From Candidatus Krumholzibacteriia bacterium (GTDB taxonomy: Bacteria > Krumholzibacteriota > Krumholzibacteriia > LZORAL124-64-63), in contig JAZBOO010000096.1 in NCBI GenBank assembly GCA_036351155.1, positions 1 through 11,883 on the forward strand: a stretch of DNA of 11,883 bases, read 5' to 3'. This document shows positions 7,959-11,883 of the stretch, piece after piece; the first letter of the stretch is position 1; every line of letters starts with the position of its first letter. The notes beneath the pieces were generated by a model. That model was given only the letters and a program-made list of their open reading frames with translations. It did no database searches and was not told the DNA's origin. The position numbers were made by a program, and so were the translations under genes.

Positions 7959-10925
7959 ATGGAAGAACGCAGAAAAATGTCCCGGCCCGATGCGCAATCA
8001 GAAAGCAACCTGTTCGAAGAAAGCCACACCCCTGACCAGAAGAAGGCTGCCCCCCGGCGCGCCGCGACCCTGGATCCCGAGGTCGACACTGTCCTCGAGG
8101 CCGACCGGAGCGAGGCGGGCGTCAACATGACCGAACTGGTCAGCAGCGGCAGCTCCGTCCTGAACAACCAGGACAAATCCCGGACCAAGGGCAAGGGTAT
8201 GGCGGTGTCCCGGCACTACACCAAGCAAGGCGTCCATCCCTTCGACGCCATGGAGTGGGAACAGCGCTCGGCCAGTATCATCAATGACAAGGGTGAAGTT
8301 CTGTTTCAGCAGGACAACTGTGAAATCCCCAAGTCCTGGACCCAGATGGCCACCAACGTGGTGGTCTCCAAGTATTTCCGGGGCGGCATGGGCACCCCCG
8401 AGCGCGAGTATTCCGTCAAGCAGCTGATCAGCCGGGTGGCCGACACCATCAGCGACTGGGGCATCAAGGACGAATACTTTGCCAGCGAGCAGGATGCCGA
8501 AAACTTCCGCTCCGAGCTGACCCACCTGCTGGTCAACCAGCTGGCGGCCTTCAACTCGCCCGTGTGGTTCAACGTGGGCGTGGAGAAGACGCCTCAGTGC
8601 TCGGCCTGTTTCATCAATTCGGTCGAGGACAGCATGGCCAGCATCCTGGGTCTGGCCAAGACCGAGGGCCTGCTCTTCAAGTACGGCAGCGGAACGGGCA
8701 GCAACCTGTCCACCCTGCGCAGCAGCCGCGAGTCCCTGTCCGCCGGTGGACAGGCCAGCGGCCCGGTGTCCTTCATGCGGGGCTTCGATGCCTTCGCGGG
8801 TGTGATCAAGTCCGGCGGCAAGACCCGGCGCGCAGCCAAGATGGTCATCCTGGACGTGGACCATCCTGACATCGAGGAATTCATCGACTGCAAGGTGAAC
8901 GAGGAAAAGAAGGCCTGGGCCCTGATGGACGCCGGTTACGACGGAAGCTTCGGCGGCGAGGCTTACAATTCCATCTTCTTCCAGAACAGCAACAACTCCG
9001 TCCGCGTGACCAACGACTTCATGCGCGCGGTGGAAACCGATGGCAGCTGGACCACCCACGCCATCACCGACGGCCGGGCCATGGACACCTACAAGGCCCG
9101 CGACCTGATGCGGAAGATCGCCGAAGGCACCCACCTGTGCGGCGATCCAGGTATGCAGTTCGACACCACCATCAACGACTGGCACACCTGCAAGAACACC
9201 GACCGGATCCACGCCTCGAATCCCTGCAGCGAGTACATGTTCCTGAACGATTCCGCGTGTAACCTGGCCTCGCTGAACCTCATGAAGTTCCGGCAAGAGG
9301 ACGGGGAGCTCGACACGACGGCCTTTCGTCATGCGTGCCGGGTGGTGACCCTGGCCATGGAAATCATCGTGGGCAACAGCAGTTACCCGCGCGAGGAGAT
9401 CGAGGTCAACAGCCACCTGTTCCGTCCCCTGGGGCTGGGTTACGCCAACCTGGGCGCGTTGCTCATGGACCGTGGCCTGCCCTACGACAGCGAGCAGGGA
9501 CGCGACTACGCGGCGGCCATCACCGCTCTCATGTGCGGTCAGGCCTATCTGACCAGTGCGGAGATCGCCAGCCAGATCGGTCCCTTCCAGGAGTACCCCG
9601 TCAACCGCGAGCCCATGCTCGAGGTGATCCGCAAGCACCGGGCCGCTCTGAACGGGATCAACCGCAATCGGGTGCCTGAGGATCTGCTGGAAGAGGCCGA
9701 GAACGCCTGGCGCGAAGCCTATGCCCTGGGGCACGACTACGGTTACCGCAATGCCCAGGTGACGGTGCTGGCACCCACCGGGACCATCGGCTTCATGATG
9801 GACTGCGACACCACCGGGGTGGAGCCCGACATCGCCCTGGTCAAGTACAAGAAGCTGGTCGACGGCGGCCTCATGAAGATCGTCAACAACTCGGTGCCCG
9901 ATGCCCTGGAAAAACTGGGCTACGACGAGGATCAGGTGGACGCCATCATCGAGTACATCGGTGAGAACGAGACCATCGAGGGGGCGCCCGAGCTGAAGGA
10001 CGAACACCTGCCCGTTTTCGATTGCGCGTTCCGTCCCGCCAACGGCGAGCGTTCCATCGACTACATGGGCCACCTCCGCATGATGAGCGCGGTGCAGCCC
10101 TTCCTGAGCGGCGCCATCAGCAAGACGGTGAACCTGCCCGAGGAGGCCACCGTCGAGGAGATCAGCAAGACCTACCTGGAAGCCTGGAAGATGGGGCTGA
10201 AGGCCGTGGCCATTTACCGGGACAACAGCAAGCGTCTGCAGCCGCTGAACACCGGCAAGAAGGCCGAGAGCAGCAGCGTGGAAGAAGAAAATCATCTTTC
10301 TCCGCCGAAGCCACGCCGGGTGCGTCTGCCGGACGAGCGTGCGGCCATCACCCACAAGTTCTCCATCAGTGGGCATGAGGGTTACATCACCGTGGGTTGC
10401 TACCCCGATGGTAAGCCGGGCGAGATGTTCATCCAGATGGCCAAGGAAGGTTCCGTGGTCAGCGGGCTGATGGACAGCTTCGCCACCAGCGTGTCGATCA
10501 TGCTGCAGTACGGCGTGCCCTTGAAGGTGCTGATCAACAAGTTCAGCCATGCGCGGTTCGAGCCCTCGGGCTTCACCACCAACAAGGACATCCCCATTGC
10601 CAAGTCGGTCATGGACTACATCTTCCGCTGGATGGACCTGAAGTTTGGCCAGGTGGCAGGCGATGCCGACGGCACCCAGGCCGATGGAGCCGAGGATGCC
10701 ACCGAGAAGGCCATCATCAAGGCGGCCGAGAAAGAGGTGGCCAAGGGGCTGAAGGCCATGGTGGCTACCGCCGGAGGTAGCTCCCGCATCACCATGGAAG
10801 AAGAGCATCGCGTTTTCAAGGCCCAGGGGGACAGCCCCCCTTGCCCCGAATGCGGTTCGGTGACCGTGCGCAGTGGCTCCTGTTACAAGTGCCATAACTG
10901 CGGGGCCACCACCGGTTGCTCCTAG
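7959..10925 (+). CDS. nrdJ: Class II adenosylcobalamin-dependent ribonucleoside-diphosphate reductase with fused TSCPD-like domain and C-terminal Cys/Zn-ribbon tail
   Basis: FNSPVWFNVG, PQCSACF, GSGTGSN.S.LR, KSGGKTRRAAKM, DHPDIEEFI, SNPCSE (thiyl-radical Cys), SACNLASLN, APTGTI, SGAISKTVN, YRD; then RLPDER..ITHKF, GYITVG.YPDG.PGE.F, and CPECG...CYKCHNCG..GCS. GAGGGG RBS at 7945-7950. Start is uncertain (alternative ATGs at 7977, 8127, 8199). Confidence 0.95.
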   Translation: MEERRKMSRPDAQSESNLFEESHTPDQKKAAPRRAATLDPEVDTVLEADRSEAGVNMTELVSSGSSVLNNQDKSRTKGKGMAVSRHYTKQGVHPFDAMEWEQRSASIINDKGEVLFQQDNCEIPKSWTQMATNVVVSKYFRGGMGTPEREYSVKQLISRVADTISDWGIKDEYFASEQDAENFRSELTHLLVNQLAAFNSPVWFNVGVEKTPQCSACFINSVEDSMASILGLAKTEGLLFKYGSGTGSNLSTLRSSRESLSAGGQASGPVSFMRGFDAFAGVIKSGGKTRRAAKMVILDVDHPDIEEFIDCKVNEEKKAWALMDAGYDGSFGGEAYNSIFFQNSNNSVRVTNDFMRAVETDGSWTTHAITDGRAMDTYKARDLMRKIAEGTHLCGDPGMQFDTTINDWHTCKNTDRIHASNPCSEYMFLNDSACNLASLNLMKFRQEDGELDTTAFRHACRVVTLAMEIIVGNSSYPREEIEVNSHLFRPLGLGYANLGALLMDRGLPYDSEQGRDYAAAITALMCGQAYLTSAEIASQIGPFQEYPVNREPMLEVIRKHRAALNGINRNRVPEDLLEEAENAWREAYALGHDYGYRNAQVTVLAPTGTIGFMMDCDTTGVEPDIALVKYKKLVDGGLMKIVNNSVPDALEKLGYDEDQVDAIIEYIGENETIEGAPELKDEHLPVFDCAFRPANGERSIDYMGHLRMMSAVQPFLSGAISKTVNLPEEATVEEISKTYLEAWKMGLKAVAIYRDNSKRLQPLNTGKKAESSSVEEENHLSPPKPRRVRLPDERAAITHKFSISGHEGYITVGCYPDGKPGEMFIQMAKEGSVVSGLMDSFATSVSIMLQYGVPLKVLINKFSHARFEPSGFTTNKDIPIAKSVMDYIFRWMDLKFGQVAGDADGTQADGAEDATEKAIIKAAEKEVAKGLKAMVATAGGSSRITMEEEHRVFKAQGDSPPCPECGSVTVRSGSCYKCHNCGATTGCS

Positions 10926-10990
10926 ATGATGTGGCCGTTCAATCGGCCCACGAACTCGATGGAGCGAGACTGAGGCAAGGGATTGCCCAC

Positions 10991-11027
10991 GACCCGGCAG
11001 GAAAGGATTCCTGCCGGGTCTTTTTGT
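10991..11027 (+). terminator. Rho-independent terminator of nrdJ
   Basis: Perfect 13-bp inverted repeat GACCCGGCAGGAA (10991-11003) / TTCCTGCCGGGTC (11008-11020) with loop AGGA, followed by TTTTTGT. Confidence 0.9.
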
Positions 11028-11053
11028 CGGTGGTTGTCTGAGGCGAAACTCCG

Positions 11054-11059
11054 TATAAT
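11054..11059 (+). promoter_or_regulatory. Candidate -10 element for the beta-barrel gene
   Basis: Perfect TATAAT in a GC-rich genome, between the terminator and ATG 11113. The nearest -35-like hexamer (TTGTCT 11034-11039) is only 14 bp away, so the -35 is unresolved. Confidence 0.45.
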
Positions 11060-11112
11060 CCCCAGGAAACATTTTTCCCCCGACGGAGCCCTGGAAGACA
11101 AAGGACGGAACC

Positions 11113-11664
11113 ATGCGTGGGAAGACCACTTTGACACGAGGCGGCCTGATCCTGGCCGCGCTTTTTCTGAGCGTACTGGGCGTACTGGGCGCCGGGCCGG
11201 GAGAGGCCCAGGCCCAGCAGGTCCGCGACTGGAATCAGACGGCCGATCCCCTCGAAGGGGGCATCGGCCTGCACTACGGGAATCTGGGGGGGACGGGTCT
11301 GAGCTTCCGGGTGCCCCTGCGCTGGTACCTGTATTTCCAGGCGGGCGGAGGAATCTGGCACACCACCGACGACCAGAAACACAACGCTGGCGCCCAGCTG
11401 AATTTCCTGCTGCGGCAAGATCCCCGTCTCCGGCTCTATCTATCCGGCGGAGTGGGGTATTTTTACCACCGGGAACTGGTGGGCACCAGCGGCGGACGCG
11501 ATCTCTGGGACAAATCAAAAAACTGGAACGTGGGAGCCGGCGTGGGGACCGAGTACCTGATTGGCCCCCGGGTGGCCATTCAGGTGGAACTCGATTTTGT
11601 CCACGAGGGTGAAGACGGCGATGTGAAAGTGTCTCCCCAGCTGGGTCTCCACTTCTACTGGTAG
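11113..11664 (+). CDS. Small secreted outer-membrane beta-barrel protein of unknown function
   Basis: Sec signal peptide ending EAQA; alternating amphipathic Gly/aromatic strands (GGIGLHYG, GLSFRV, LYFQAGGG, LYLSGGVGYFY, VGAGVGTEY, IQVELDF); C-terminal aromatic strand LGLHFYW typical of BAM substrates. Confidence 0.75.
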   Translation: MRGKTTLTRGGLILAALFLSVLGVLGAGPGEAQAQQVRDWNQTADPLEGGIGLHYGNLGGTGLSFRVPLRWYLYFQAGGGIWHTTDDQKHNAGAQLNFLLRQDPRLRLYLSGGVGYFYHRELVGTSGGRDLWDKSKNWNVGAGVGTEYLIGPRVAIQVELDFVHEGEDGDVKVSPQLGLHFYW

Positions 11665-11674
11665 GGAGCGGTTC

Positions 11675-11883
11675 ATGGATGTGCGTCAATGGAACCGCCA
11701 GGCCTGGGACGGCAAGGTGGAAGACCGGGTGCCCTGGGCGATCCCGGTGGATCCGGATACGGTGACCCGGGCGCGCCAGGGCGACTGGAGCATCATCTTG
11801 ACTCCCCGGAAACCCGTGCCCGCTGATTGGCTGGGCAAGGTGGCGGGAAAGCGGGTGCTGTGTCTGGCGGGCGCCGGCGGGCA
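11675..11883 (+). CDS. N-terminal part (3'-truncated) of a class I SAM-dependent methyltransferase; absent from the ORF track
   Basis: Manual translation from ATG 11675 (GGAG at 11665-11668): MDVRQWNRQAWDGKVEDRVPWAIPVDPDTVTRARQGDWSIILTPRKPVPADWLGKVAGKRVLCLAGAGG. It ends in a SAM-binding motif I (VLCLAGAGG) and stays open to the window end. Confidence 0.8.
   Translation, partial: MDVRQWNRQAWDGKVEDRVPWAIPVDPDTVTRARQGDWSIILTPRKPVPADWLGKVAGKRVLCLAGAGG

Noticed and set aside
7959..10925. Intein or self-splicing intron in nrdJ (a known hotspot)
   Set aside because: Catalytic motifs are contiguous and normally spaced, with no evident intein termini, LAGLIDADG blocks or frame interruption.
10926..10973. 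15-codon ORF MMWPFNRPTNSMERD in frame directly after the nrdJ stop
   Set aside because: No SD; NrdJ ends in its expected GCS tail; the region is better explained as RNA hairpins.
7998..11129. 1043-aa minus-strand ORF
   Set aside because: Antisense shadow of the strongly codon-biased nrdJ, with typical shadow composition (H/V/G/Q/D-rich) and no domain motifs.
10922..11689. Overlapping ORFs 10922-11689 minus, 10939-11418 minus and 10983-11612 plus
   Set aside because: Off-frame or antisense translations that cross the terminator and show no motifs; 11113-11664 has a signal peptide, barrel pattern and SD.

Overview
GC-rich bacterial chromosomal window from a diderm organism (it encodes an OmpA-like lipoprotein and an outer-membrane beta-barrel; the taxon cannot be fixed from sequence alone). 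It is mostly housekeeping, with no mobile element, CRISPR array, tRNA or rRNA. Gene order: 3' end of an RlmG-like rRNA methyltransferase (+), overlapping convergently with a GAF-fold free Met-R-sulfoxide reductase (-); then a tightly packed + strand cluster of an OmpA-family lipoprotein, liuB/liuC-like genes, a carboxylase alpha subunit split into biotin carboxylase and BT-BCCP genes, a stand-alone HDOD protein and an ArsC/LMW-PTP-fold protein lacking the resolving cysteines; a ~540 bp AT-richer intergenic region with tandem NrdR-like boxes and many hairpins; a class II (B12) ribonucleotide reductase nrdJ; a strong intrinsic terminator; a small beta-barrel protein; and the 5' end of a class I SAM methyltransferase. 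The most unusual signals are non-coding. Three consecutive hairpins in the nrdJ 3' UTR and one next to the nrdJ RBS all show an ANGGAN hexaloop, the canonical CsrA/RsmE-binding element, suggesting a possible 3'-UTR-derived Csr-type sponge. In addition, five consecutive genes (1528-6990) share one reading frame and are separated only by single stop codons. All assignments were made by eye; no searches or folding computations were run.
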